Assembly: GCA_963755025.1 (NCBI GenBank)
Contig: CAVWIH010000033.1
Coordinates: 73,472 to 137,471, forward strand
Direction of reading: 5' to 3'
Source: an uncultured Actinomycetes bacterium
GTDB taxonomy: Bacteria; Actinomycetota; Thermoleophilia; UBA2241
Length of the DNA stretch: 64,000 bases
In this document: positions 10,360 to 20,655 of the stretch, one piece after another
Numbering within the stretch: position 1 is the stretch's first letter
How the letters are laid out: each line of letters begins with the position of its first letter
Translations under genes and position numbers: made by a program
The notes under the pieces: model-generated
The model's database searches: none
The model's input: the letters and a program-made list of their open reading frames with translations, nothing else
Told to the model about the DNA's origin: nothing

Positions 10360-11546
10360 GCGAGAGCGGCGCACGCCGGCGGCACCCCGTCCTGACCGCT
10401 GTGCTGGTCGTGCTCATCGTCGCCGTGCCGCTGGGCGTCTTCGTCTGGGGGCGCACGTCGGGCACGTTCCGCGTGCGCCACATCGTCTTGAGCGGCGCCC
10501 GCCCGGCGCACGACAAGGCCCTCGACGGGGCCCTGCGGCGCAGCTTCCTGGGCTCGAACCTCTTCCTCGTCACCACCGGCCGCGTGCGCGCCGCGCTCTC
10601 GGGCTTTCCGTTCGTGGCCCGCGTGTCGGTCAATCGCGACTTTCCCGGCACGCTGCGCGTGCACATGAGCGAGTACGTGCCGGCCGCCCTGCTGTCGAGC
10701 GGCGGCAACTGGTACGTCGTCTCCAAAGAGGGCAGGGTGCTGGCCGTGGCCGTCGCCGCCCAGCCCAAGGGCGCGGCGGCGCCGCGCGCCGGCGCCTCGC
10801 CGACCACGGGCACGTCGCCCACCACGACCGCGAGCGGCTCGCCCAGCACGACCACGAGCGGCTCGCCCAGCTCCACGACGAGCGGTTCGCCGTCGACGAG
10901 CACGAGCACGCAGCCCTCAGCGAACTCGAGCACCGCGCCCACGACCAGCGCCTCGACCGGCGCCGACGCCAGCGGCTCGAACGGCACGGCGTCGCCCTCG
11001 CCCTCGTCGACCGCCATCCCGCGCCCGGCCGCCGACGTCAAGCTGCCGCGGGGCACGCGGCGCCTGCCGGCGATCGTCTCCGCGACGCCGCTCACCGTCG
11101 GGCGCCACGGTCGCCGACCCCCACGTGCGCGCCGCGCTGCTCGTGCTCGGCGCCTTGCCGACGGCGCTGCGGCGTCAGGTCCTGGGCGCCGCCGCGACCG
11201 ACGCCAGCATCCGTATCTACACGTCCGGCGGCCTCACCGTCGAGTTCGGCGGGACCGCCGGACTGACCGCCAAGATGATCGCCCTCAAGGCCGTGCTGGG
11301 GCGCTACAGCGCGCGCGGCGTGGCCTGCACGTTCGTCGACGTCTCGGTGCCCGACCGACCCCTGGCGGCGCCCGTACTGTCGAGCGGCGCCACGCAGTCG
11401 GTCGGCGGCGGTGCCACGCAGTCGGGCGGCGGCGCGACGCAGTCCGGCGGCACGACCCAGTCCGGCGGGGGCACAACGCCGACCCCGGGCGCTTCGCCGG
11501 CACGACCTCGCCCTCGCCGTCGGGCGGCTCGACAAGTACTCCCTGA
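10356..11546 (+). CDS. ftsQ: FtsQ/DivIB with Ser/Thr-rich insert and tail (frameshifts near 11105 and 11495)
   Basis: N-terminal TM, POTRA-like NLF...V...RDFPGTL, C-terminal VDVSVPDRP; position between murC and ftsZ. Confidence 0.8.
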   Translation: MSESGARRRHPVLTAVLVVLIVAVPLGVFVWGRTSGTFRVRHIVLSGARPAHDKALDGALRRSFLGSNLFLVTTGRVRAALSGFPFVARVSVNRDFPGTLRVHMSEYVPAALLSSGGNWYVVSKEGRVLAVAVAAQPKGAAAPRAGASPTTGTSPTTTASGSPSTTTSGSPSSTTSGSPSTSTSTQPSANSSTAPTTSASTGADASGSNGTASPSPSSTAIPRPAADVKLPRGTRRLPAIVSATPLTVGRHGRRPPRARRAARARRLADGAAASGPGRRRDRRQHPYLHVRRPHRRVRRDRRTDRQDDRPQGRAGALQRARRGLHVRRRLGARPTPGGARTVERRHAVGRRRCHAVGRRRDAVRRHDPVRRGHNADPGRFAGTTSPSPSGGSTSTP

Positions 11547-11563
11547 GAGAGGCTCCGAAGTGT

Positions 11564-11593
11564 TTGACACTCCGCGCAAGCGGCCCATATGCT
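11564..11593 (+). promoter_or_regulatory. Sigma70-type promoter for ftsZ
   Basis: TTGACA (11564-69), 18 bp spacer, TATGCT (11588-93). Confidence 0.6.
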
Positions 11594-11767
11594 ACGAAGG
11601 TGGCTCGGTCTCAGTTTGGCGTTCAGGGTTTGTGAGCAAGCAAAATCCCAGCAAACGAGGCGTTTCTTGAGCTATGCTCCACACGTTTTCAACAAGTCTC
11701 AGGGGCCGCTCCATGGTGGTCGCCGGCAAGACATAAGCCTCGACTTCAACAGGAGGGTTAGGGCCAC

Positions 11768-12861
11768 ATGATCGAGTCTTCAGGCAACTACCTGGCGGTC
11801 ATCAAGGTCGTCGGAATCGGCGGCGGCGGCATCAACGCCGTCAATCGCATGGTCGAAGCGGGCTCAAGGGCGTCGAGTTCATCGCGATCAACACCGACGC
11901 GCAGGCCTTGCTGATGAGCGACGCCGACGTCAAGCTCGACATCGGCCGCGAGCTCACCAGGGGCCTCGGCGCCGGCGCCAACCCGGACGTCGGCTGCAGG
12001 CCGCCGCCGAGGAGCACGCGAGGAGATCGAGGAGGCGCTCAAGGGCGCCGACATGGTCTTCGTCACCGCGGGCGAGGGCGGCGGCACCGGCACCGGCGCG
12101 GCGCCCGTGGTCGCCGAGCTCGCCAGCGAGCTCGGCGCGCTGACCGTCGGCGTGGTGACGCGGCCCGTTCGGGTTCGAGGGCAAGCGCCGCGCCCGGCAG
12201 GCCGAAGACGGGCATCCGCGAGCTGCGCGAGAAGGTCGACACGCTGATCGTCATCCCCAACGACCGGCTGCTGCAGGTCGTCGAGCGGCGCACGTCGATC
12301 CTCGACGCCTTCAAGGCCGCCGACGACGTGCTGCGCCAGGGCGTGCAGGGCATCACCGACCTGATCACCATCCCCGGCCTGATCAACCTCGACTTCGCCG
12401 ACGTGCGCACGGTCATGTACGACGCCGGCTCGGCGCTGATGGGCATCGGCGTGGCCGGCGGCGAGAACCGCGCCGTCGAGGCCGCCAAGGTGGCGATCAG
12501 CTCGCCGCTGCTCGAAGCCAGCGTCGACGGCGCCATGGGCGTCCTGCTGTACATCACGGGCGGCGCCGACCTCGGCCTGTTCGAGATCAACGAGGCCGCC
12601 GAGATCGTCTCGAGCGCCGCCGACGCCGACGCCAACATCATCTTCGGCGCCGTCATCGACGACGCGCTCGGCGACGAGGTGCGCGTCACGGTCATCGCCA
12701 CCGGCTTCGACGGTCCGCGCAGCGCCGAGTCGCGGCCCGTACAGAAGGCGCAGACGCCCGCGCCGGCGCCGGCGGCAGGCGTCTTCGGCGCCGAGCCGCG
12801 GCCGTCGTTCGAGATCAGCGACGACGTGCTCGACATTCCCAGCTTCCTCAAGGACCACTAA
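11768..12861 (+). CDS. ftsZ: Cell division GTPase FtsZ (several frameshifts between about 11860 and 12210)
   Basis: [47 protein letters not shown]-terminal LDIPSFL. Confidence 0.95.
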
Positions 12862-12962
12862 GGGGTGCGCGCCGCGGTCGCGGCCGGTCGCAGTTCGTCG
12901 AGTTCCCAGCAAAAGCTATAGTTTGCAGGTAAACTGCCGATATGGTCTGCTGCGGGCGCCGA

Positions 12963-12991
12963 TTGCAATCACCAACCCCTTTCTCTATGCT
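12963..12991 (+). promoter_or_regulatory. Sigma70-type promoter for secDF
   Basis: TTGCAA-17 bp-TATGCT. Confidence 0.5.
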
Positions 12992-13035
12992 GTAGCGCTT
13001 GACGGGCCCGTCTCGGGCTCGATCGATCGGATCCC

Positions 13036-14691
13036 ATGAAACATCGCAAGCAACGAAATATTCTCATCCTGCTCATCGTCGCGGCCCTGGTCGTGGTGTC
13101 GGGCTTCTACATCTTTCCGTTCGGCAAGAAGACGCACCTCGGGCTCGACCTCCAGGGCGGCCTCGAGATCGTCTACAAGGCGGCGCTGCTGAACGGCGAC
13201 AAGCCGTCGCGCGCCCAGCTCGACCAGACGATCAGCATCATCAACCGCCGCGTCAACGGCCTCGGCGTGAGCCGAGGCGGCGGTGCAGATCCAGGGTACC
13301 GACCAGATCTCCGTGGCGCTGCCCGGCATCAAGAACGTCGACCAGGCCGTGCGCACCGTCGGCCAGACCGCCCAGCTGCAGTTCTTCAACGACGCCAAGC
13401 AGCGCGTGTCCGGCCCCGCCGACAGCCTCGCCGCGGCCGTAAAGACGGCCAAGACCTCGCCGCTGGTCGCCGCTGACCGGCCGGCCGACAGGCCGAGCTC
13501 CCCAAGCTGGCCAAGGGTCGAGACGTCGACCGAAGCTACCTGACGGTGATCGCGCAGAAGGGCATGTACGGCAACAACACCGCGCCGCTCTACTTCATCT
13601 ACACCCTGCCGCCGGCCATGACCGGCAGCGCCATCCACAACTCGACCCAGCGTTACGACCAGCGCAACCGCCCCGACGTGCTCATCAACTTCACGAGCGC
13701 GGGCGGCAAGCAGTTCGGTAACGTCACACGCGAGCTGGCCACCACCGGCCAGATCACGGGCGTGTCGCAGACCTTCGCCATCGTGCTCGACAACCAGATG
13801 GAGTCCGACCCGTCGGTCGACTACACCGAGTACCCCGACGGCATCCAGGGCACGAGCGCCGAGATCACCGGCAGCTTCACCATCGGGCAGGCCAAAGACC
13901 TCGCCCTGGTGATCAACACCGGCGCCCTGCCCGTGCAGCTCAACCAGATCGAAAGCCAGGAAGTCTCGGCCACCCTGGGCAAGGACTCGTTGCACGAAGC
14001 GCTCATCGCCGGCATCGTCGGCCTTGGCCTCATCCTGCTCTACATGCTCATCTACTACCGCTTCCTGGGCCTCGTGGCCGACATCGCGCTGGTCATCTAC
14101 GGCATCCTGCTGCTCGGCCTGTTCAACGCCGTGCACGTCACGCTCACGCTGCCGGGCATCGCCGGCATGATCCTCACGATCGGCGTGGCCGCCGACGCCA
14201 ACGTGGTCATCTTCGAACGCATCAAAGAAGAGGTGCGCCACGGCCGCACGGTACGCTCGGCGGTCAACTCGGGCTACGCCCGCGGCTTTCGCACCATCCT
14301 CGACGCCAACGTCCTGACCCTGCTCACGGCGGCGGTGATCTTCGAGTTCGCGACGGCGCAGCCCAAGGGATTCGCCTTCACCCTCATGCTCGGTGTGCTG
14401 GTCAGCATGTTCACCGCCGTGGTCGCCACGCGCGCCATGCTGGGCCTGCTGTCCGACTTCACCTTCTTCAACCGCGCCGAGTTCATGGGTGTGCACGCCT
14501 CCGACATCGAGGCAGCCGTCGACGACGGCGGCACCGGGCGCCGCTCACGGCCGCGGCCGGCCACCGGCAACGGCCGCCCCGGCGCCGTGCTGCGCGCCGG
14601 CGACACCGCCGGCATCACGCGCGGCGGCGACACGCCGAGCCGCCCGGCCGCCAAGCGCCGCCCGTCGACCGCCCGAAAGAAGAAGAAATAG
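13036..14691 (+). CDS. secD: Protein translocase subunit SecD (frameshifts near 13270 and 13470-13545)
   Basis: LGLDLQGG, RVNGLGVS, FAIVLDN, GALPV, LTLPGIAG, DANVVIFERIKEE. Confidence 0.93.
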
Positions 14692-14693
14692 CC

Positions 14694-15653
14694 ATGGCCT
14701 GGTTTCGCAAGATCTACTCGTTCGACTACATGGGCCACAAGTACTGGTGGTTCGCGCTTTCGGGCACGGTCATCTGCCTCGGCCTGCTCAGCATGTTCAT
14801 CCGCGGCGGCGGCAACCCCATCAAGGGCTTCAACTACGGCCTCGAGTTCAAGTCGGGCTCGCGCGTCGCGGTGACCTTCGTCAAGCCGGCGACCACCTCG
14901 CAGGTGCGCGGCGTGGTCGACGCCCAGGGCTACACCGACGCCGTCATCCAGCAGGTCAAGTCGAGCACCGGGTCGAGCTTTCAGATCTCGACCGCGACGC
15001 TGTCGGCCGACCAGCAGCTCGCCCTCAAGAACGCGCTCGACAAGAGCTTCACCATCGCGCCGACCTCCAACGGCGGCACCGACTGGAACATCAACACGGT
15101 GGGCGCCTCGTTCAGCCGCGAGGTCATCACCTCGTCGTACAAGGCCATCGGCATAGCGCTCGTCCTCATCCTCATCTACATCTCCATCCGCTTCTCGTGG
15201 AAGTTCGCGGTGGGCGCCATCGCCGCCGAGTTCCACGACCTGCTGGTCGTGATCGGCATCTACTCGCTCACCGGGCGGGTGGTGACCACCGACACCATCG
15301 CGGCGGTGCTGACCATCCTCGGCTACTCGCTCTACGACACCGTCATCGTCTTCGACCGCGTGCGCGAGAACGCGCCCAAGATGTCGCGCGCGCCGTACGG
15401 CGACATGGTCAACCGCTCCATCTGGGAGACGCTCACCAGGTCCATCAACACGACCCTGATGACCCTCATCCCGGTGGTCTGCCTGCTGCTGTTCGGCGGC
15501 TCCACCCTTAAAGACTTCGCCTTCGCGCTGCTGGTCGGCGTGGCCTCGGGCGCCTACTCGTCGATCTTCGTGGCCAGCCCCGTGCTCACGCTGCTCAAGG
15601 AGCGCGAGCCCCTGTACCGCAAGCTCGCGCTCAAGGCCGGCGAGATCACCTGA
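14694..15653 (+). CDS. secF: Protein translocase subunit SecF
   Basis: GLEFKSG, GYSLYDTVIVFDRVREN, TRSINT, YSSIFVASP. Confidence 0.96.
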   Translation: MAWFRKIYSFDYMGHKYWWFALSGTVICLGLLSMFIRGGGNPIKGFNYGLEFKSGSRVAVTFVKPATTSQVRGVVDAQGYTDAVIQQVKSSTGSSFQISTATLSADQQLALKNALDKSFTIAPTSNGGTDWNINTVGASFSREVITSSYKAIGIALVLILIYISIRFSWKFAVGAIAAEFHDLLVVIGIYSLTGRVVTTDTIAAVLTILGYSLYDTVIVFDRVRENAPKMSRAPYGDMVNRSIWETLTRSINTTLMTLIPVVCLLLFGGSTLKDFAFALLVGVASGAYSSIFVASPVLTLLKEREPLYRKLALKAGEIT

Positions 15654-16076
15654 CGAGCGTCGCCGTCGGGGGCCGGTCGAGGTCGGCTGGCGGCTGCTGC
15701 GGGCGGCCGTCTCCGACCGGGTATTCGGGCAAAAGCCAGGCCCGGCGCCCCGCCCCGCGGAGCTCGCCAGAACCCTTCCGGGGGTCGGTCAGCCTCAAGT
15801 CGTCTCAGCCTGTCCCGACCGTCGAGGTCGAGCTCGTGGGGGCCTCAGTTCAGCCTCGTGCAGAGAATGAGGTCGCGCGTGTAGGGAACGGCAATCCGCG
15901 CCTTTACAACGCCTCCCGGCCACCATACGCTCGGTGCCGACAACGTGATCGACCGGTGGTCGCCTGACTCGCCGGTAGCTGGCGATCGCCGCACCACCAG
16001 CCATCTTCAGTTTCGTCTTCGCCGCACCCGAGCCGTCGGGCGTGGCGGCCAGGTGATCGACCGCAGGGGGGACCAC

Positions 16077-16577
16077 GTGAGCGCTCAAGCCAAGGACCGC
16101 CCCGAAACGGCCGGCCATGCGGTCACGCTCAAGGGTGGCGGGGGAGGGCTGCGGCTGAGCTTCGTGGGCGCCGGCGAGGTGCCGGTCCTGGCCCTGAGCG
16201 GCGAGTTCGACCTCGACAACGTGCCCGAGATCGAGCGCTTTCTGCGGCGCCACCTGGGGCCCTTCTTCTTCAAGACCCGCGACCTGGTGCTCGACCTCGC
16301 CCTGGTCGAGATGGTCGACTCGGCCTTTGTGGGGCTTGTGGTGTCGCTCGTCGTGCGGCTGCACGAGCACCGCAGAGAGCTGCTCATCACGCGGCCGGCG
16401 GGCTACGTGCGGCGCACCATCGCGCTGGTGGGCCTGCCCAACGTGGTGCCGGTCTACGAGACTCTCGACGCCGCCATAGGGGCGTTGGCCATGGGTACGC
16501 CGCTCATCCCGCCGCCCTTCGACCTGGCGCCGTGCGCGCCGGTCATGCGCCCGGTGCGGGCGTCGGCGCGCTCGTAG
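16077..16577 (+). CDS. STAS-domain protein (anti-sigma-factor antagonist-like)
   Basis: LSGEFD, LVLDLALVEMVDSAFVG; GTG after AGGGGGG. Confidence 0.8.
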   Translation: MSAQAKDRPETAGHAVTLKGGGGGLRLSFVGAGEVPVLALSGEFDLDNVPEIERFLRRHLGPFFFKTRDLVLDLALVEMVDSAFVGLVVSLVVRLHEHRRELLITRPAGYVRRTIALVGLPNVVPVYETLDAAIGALAMGTPLIPPPFDLAPCAPVMRPVRASARS

Positions 16578-16638
16578 CGCAGCACCACCACGGGGCCGTG
16601 GGGCCCCCGGCGTCGCGCACCCTGCGCGGGGAACGTCC

Positions 16639-17025
16639 TTAGCTTGCCCTGCGGGCCAGCGTTTCGCTGAGCTCGGTCTGGCGAGCCGCTACCGCCCGGG
16701 CCTGGAAGGCCTTCATGCGGCAGGCGTCGCTGCAATACTTCTTGGCGGGGTTGCTCGTGACGAACTCACGGCTGCACGGCTCGAAGCTGCAGTACCGCGT
16801 CATCTCCTCGCGCGGACGCTGCTTGCGGCTGGGCCGCTTGAGCTCGTCTTTCCAACCGCCGCTATGCAGGGCGCAGATGTTGGACGGATTGTAAGTGGAC
16901 AGGCGTGTCTCGCAGCCAGACACGGAGCAGACGCGCCCGCCGCCGTATTGTTTGCTCTTGCTCATGTCGTCGACCTGCACGGAAAGCCGGCGTCCCCTGA
17001 GCCCTCTGGTGGTGCGATACTCCAT
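16639..17025 (-). CDS. Small protein with two putative Zn-binding motifs
   Basis: CSVSGCETRLSTYNPSNICALH and CSFEPCSREF...YCSDACRMKAF (CGNR-finger-like); SD AAGGGG. Confidence 0.7.
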   Translation of the reverse strand: MEYRTTRGLRGRRLSVQVDDMSKSKQYGGGRVCSVSGCETRLSTYNPSNICALHSGGWKDELKRPSRKQRPREEMTRYCSFEPCSREFVTSNPAKKYCSDACRMKAFQARAVAARQTELSETLARRAS

Positions 17026-17073
17026 GCCGAACACCCCTTGTCTCGAGCCGGCCTGACCGCCGGCGTCGGCTTG

Positions 17074-17433
17074 CTAGACGGTCGCGCTTTCGAGGGCCTT
17101 TTCGCGAGTGGGATAGATGCCGAAGATCCGGTCGAGTCCCGTGATCTCGAAGATCCGCGTGATGTTCTCGTCGTGGCAGACGATGTCGAGGGTGCCGTTC
17201 TGCGGCCGCACGCGCTTGGCGCCACTCACCAGGACGCCGAGCGCCGTGGAGTCGATGAAGGTGACGCCGGCCAGATCGACGACGATGTGTTTGGCGCCTT
17301 CGTCGATGCTCTGGATCATGACCTCTTTGAACTGGGGCGCCGAGTAGATGTCGACTTCGCCCTGAAGTGCGACCACGGCTACGTCATCGCCAACGCGTAC
17401 CAGTTCGACGCCGAATTGTGGCCTGTCGTCCAT
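17074..17433 (-). CDS. Anti-sigma-factor antagonist (RsbV/BldG-type STAS)
   Basis: GEVDIYSAP, VVDLAGVTFIDSTALGVLV, IFEITGL. Confidence 0.92.
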   Translation of the reverse strand: MDDRPQFGVELVRVGDDVAVVALQGEVDIYSAPQFKEVMIQSIDEGAKHIVVDLAGVTFIDSTALGVLVSGAKRVRPQNGTLDIVCHDENITRIFEITGLDRIFGIYPTREKALESATV

Positions 17434-17740
17434 TCACTCCCCTTTTCGCCCCCGGTATGCCTGCCTCGGCGAGGGCTCCGGCCGGGCTCTTGCCCGGCAC
17501 ACCCGCCGATGTGTGGGTTATGGCCACGGGATTTCCCTCCTAAACGCCCGTACGCAGGAATGTGTGGGCGATCTCTGGCGCGCGAGCGTCCGGGCGCGTG
17601 AGTGTCGGGGAGCGAGCGGCAGCGCGATCCGCCTGAACGGAGCGTGCGTTGCCCGACGACGGCGGCCGGGTAGAGTGGCCTGACGGCGCCCCGCGGGGGG
17701 GAGCCCGTGGCACGGCCACAACTGCGGCTTGGGGGGACAC

Positions 17741-18205
17741 ATGGGTCTTGCGGCGATCGTGTCGGCGCTCACCACCAAAGCGCCATCCGGAGCGGTGCTG
17801 GCGCTGGTGGTCAGCCTGGTAGCCGCCGCCATGCTCACCGCCGGCTGGCGCCTTGCGGTGGCCCGGCGCTACACGGCGCACCGTGTCGTGCAGACCGCGG
17901 CGGTCGCGCTCAGCAGCGCGATCATCGTCACCTGGATGATCAGGTCGTTCGTGCGCTATGTCGCGCCCCAGATCCCGGCCAGGCTGAGTCAGCGCGCCTA
18001 CGCGGTGGCCACCGTGCACGCCGCTGTGGGCGTGGTCGCCCTCGTGCTCGGCCTGTACGTCGTTCTCGGCGCCTTCAAGGTCCTGCCGGCGCGCCTGAGC
18101 TTCACGCGCTTCAAGCCCGTCATGCGCAGCTCGTACGCGCTCTACCTGCTCGGCGCGCTCACCGGCGTGGTGCTCTACGCCGTGGCCTACGCCGGCCTGG
18201 GCTAG
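17741..18205 (+). CDS. DUF420-like 4-TM membrane protein
   Basis: Four hydrophobic helices with conserved-looking His residues (AHRVVQ, TVHAAVG). Confidence 0.65.
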   Translation: MGLAAIVSALTTKAPSGAVLALVVSLVAAAMLTAGWRLAVARRYTAHRVVQTAAVALSSAIIVTWMIRSFVRYVAPQIPARLSQRAYAVATVHAAVGVVALVLGLYVVLGAFKVLPARLSFTRFKPVMRSSYALYLLGALTGVVLYAVAYAGLG

Positions 18206-18243
18206 CCGCGGCGATCCGCGGCCGGGCGATCTGCGACCGGGCG

Positions 18244-19678
18244 ATGGACGGGCTCGTCGGGCAGCTCCGTTACGACCGGCGCCTGCTGGCGCTCAGCGTC
18301 GCGTTGCAGCTCGCGCTCGGCCTGGTGCTCGGCCACTCCTACGACACGCGTCTCTTCATGGCGACCGGCTTTCTCGCCGGCACCGGCCGCGACCCGTACG
18401 CGGCGCTCGACCTCGTGCGCGTGTTCCACCACGCCGGCTTCAGCCACATCACCTCGGTGGGGTATCCGCCGCCCTGGCCGCTGCTCGCCGGCCTGATCTA
18501 CCGCGTGAGCTACGCGCCGACCCACGACCTGCTGCTCTACAATCTGGCCCTCAAGCTGCCGGTGATCGCCGCCAACGTCGGTCTCGCCTACCTGGTCGCG
18601 GCCATCCTGCGCGAGCGCGGCGCCTCGTCGGCCGTCGCCCGGCACGCCTGGGCGCTGCTGCTCCTGAACCCCTTCCTCGTGTACGTGGGGGCGGCCTGGG
18701 GCGAGATCGACGCCATCGTCGCCCTGCTCGCCCTGGCGGCCCTGTGGCTGCTCTACCGCGGTCGCGGTGACCTGTCGGCCGTGCTGCTGGCCCTGGCCTT
18801 CTGCGTGAAACCCATCGCCCTGCCGCTCCTGCCCGCCGCCCTGCTCTACCTGGCGTCGCGCTCGCTGCCGCGGGCGCTGCGTTACGCCGGCGTGTGGCTG
18901 GGCGCCGCGCTCCTGTTGTACGTCGCGCCGTTCTTTGCCTTCGGCTGGGACCGGACGCCGTTCACCCAGAGCCTGAACGTCCACTTCGTGCACCAGGGGG
19001 CGCTCTCGTTCATGACAGTCGTCAGGCTCTTTCGCGACCCCCTGCTCATGCAGGGCCGGTGGTGGTTGCTGGGCCTGGCCTGGGCGCCGGCCCTGGTGCT
19101 CGGCGTCGTCGTGCTCTGGGCGCGGCGCGGTCGGCCGGCGCCCGACGGCGCGGCGCAGTTCGCGCCCGACGGCGGCGCGCCGCCGGCGCGCCGCGCGGGC
19201 GGCGTCACCTCGCCGGCGCGCCGCGCGGGCAGCGTCACCCCGCCGCCGCCCGCATGATGACTTCGACGAGCTGCTCACGATGGCCACGGGGCTCACCCTG
19301 CTCGTCTTCCTGACGCGCACCTGGGTCGCCGAGCCCAACATCGTGCTGATCGTCCCCCTGGTGGCTCTGCTGACCGCCACGGGCGCCCTCGACCGCCGCG
19401 CCCTGACGGCCGTCTGGGCCCTGCCCCTGGCGTTCACGGTGTTCAACGCCTCGCCGCTGCAGCTGCTGTGGGTCTCGGCGCCGGGCCTCATGGCGCGGCT
19501 GCTGGCCGACGTCGGCCGCTACGGCCAGGCCACCCTGCTGGCGCGCGCCGCCCTGGTGGTCGCCTGGCAGGTCGCGGGCTGGTGGATCGTGGTCGTCTGC
19601 TTGCGGCGGCGCACCGTGGGCGCAGCCCGGCGCTCGAGCCCGCTCGGCGAGCGGCCGGTCGCGGAGGTGCGGTCGTGA
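18244..19678 (+). CDS. GT-C fold (GT87/PIG-M-like) polytopic glycosyltransferase (frameshift near 19250)
   Basis: GHSYD, GYPPPW, LKLPVIAA, LLNPF...AAWGEIDAI, CVKP; about 10 TM segments. Confidence 0.75.
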
Positions 19679-20655
19679 AGGTCGAGGTCGTGAAGGTCGA
19701 GGTCGCGTTGCCGGAGGGGCTCGCCCTTACCATCGCCGACGGCGCCGCGGACGCTCCCGATGCCGGCGCCGATCGCCCCGACGGCATCCCGCTCGCCCAC
19801 CGCTCCGCCCATGACGTCGGCGCTCACCCCTCCGCCCACCATGCCGGCGCTCACCGCTTCGCCCGCCGCGCCGCCGCCGCGCCGGCCTACCCGACGCGGC
19901 GCCTGCAGAAGGGGCTGCTGCTCAGCGCCGACGGCGCGCAGCTCGCCGAAGAGGGCGTGGGCTTTGGCGTGCCCATCCTCAAGCGCGGCCTCACCACCGT
20001 CTTTCCGGGCGGCGTCGCGCTGGCCGAGCGGCCGGTCGCCGGCGGCCGCGAGGTGATGGCCGTTTACGCCATGGACCTGGTCGAGCGGCTCGCCACCGCC
20101 GACGGCGCCGCCGTCGGCTCGCCGGCGTTGTACGTCGCCAAGAACTCGCTGGCGGTGCTCCACCGCCGCGCGCCCGTGCTGCGCGGCCCTCTGACCGCCG
20201 CCTCGAACGCCCTGCGTCGCTCGCTCGGCTGGGAGACGACCTTCACGGCCGAACCCTCGACTATGACCCTCAAGGCGACCTATACGATCCTTGAGGGTTG
20301 CGAAGGGGCGCGCGTCGGCGTGGCGGTCGAGCTCCCCGGCCTGCCCGACGACATCACCGAGGTGGTCCTCATGAACGAGCTCGGCGCGCGGCGCTTCGAC
20401 CGCTACGTCGACAGCGACGGCGCCGACCTGCGGGGCCCGGCTATCGGCACCTGGGACCTGGTCACCGCCGACCAGGCGTCGTTCGTCTGCGACTCACAGC
20501 GCGCGGCGTTCTCGCTCGCGCAGGCGGCCGGCGCCACGCTGTACCGGGGCCGCGAGCTGATCGGTACGCGCCTGGCCTGGGCGGGCTTCGGCTACTCGCT
20601 GTCTCCGTCTCTGGGCGCTTTTGCCTACGAGCTCACGATCGCGCGGACCTCGTGA
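19675..20655 (+). CDS. Hypothetical soluble protein, coupled to neighbours
   Basis: GTGA overlaps at both ends; host-like codon usage; motifs YPTRRLQKGL, EEGVGFGVP, MNELGA, RLAWAGFGY. Confidence 0.75.
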   Translation: MKVEVVKVEVALPEGLALTIADGAADAPDAGADRPDGIPLAHRSAHDVGAHPSAHHAGAHRFARRAAAAPAYPTRRLQKGLLLSADGAQLAEEGVGFGVPILKRGLTTVFPGGVALAERPVAGGREVMAVYAMDLVERLATADGAAVGSPALYVAKNSLAVLHRRAPVLRGPLTAASNALRRSLGWETTFTAEPSTMTLKATYTILEGCEGARVGVAVELPGLPDDITEVVLMNELGARRFDRYVDSDGADLRGPAIGTWDLVTADQASFVCDSQRAAFSLAQAAGATLYRGRELIGTRLAWAGFGYSLSPSLGAFAYELTIARTS

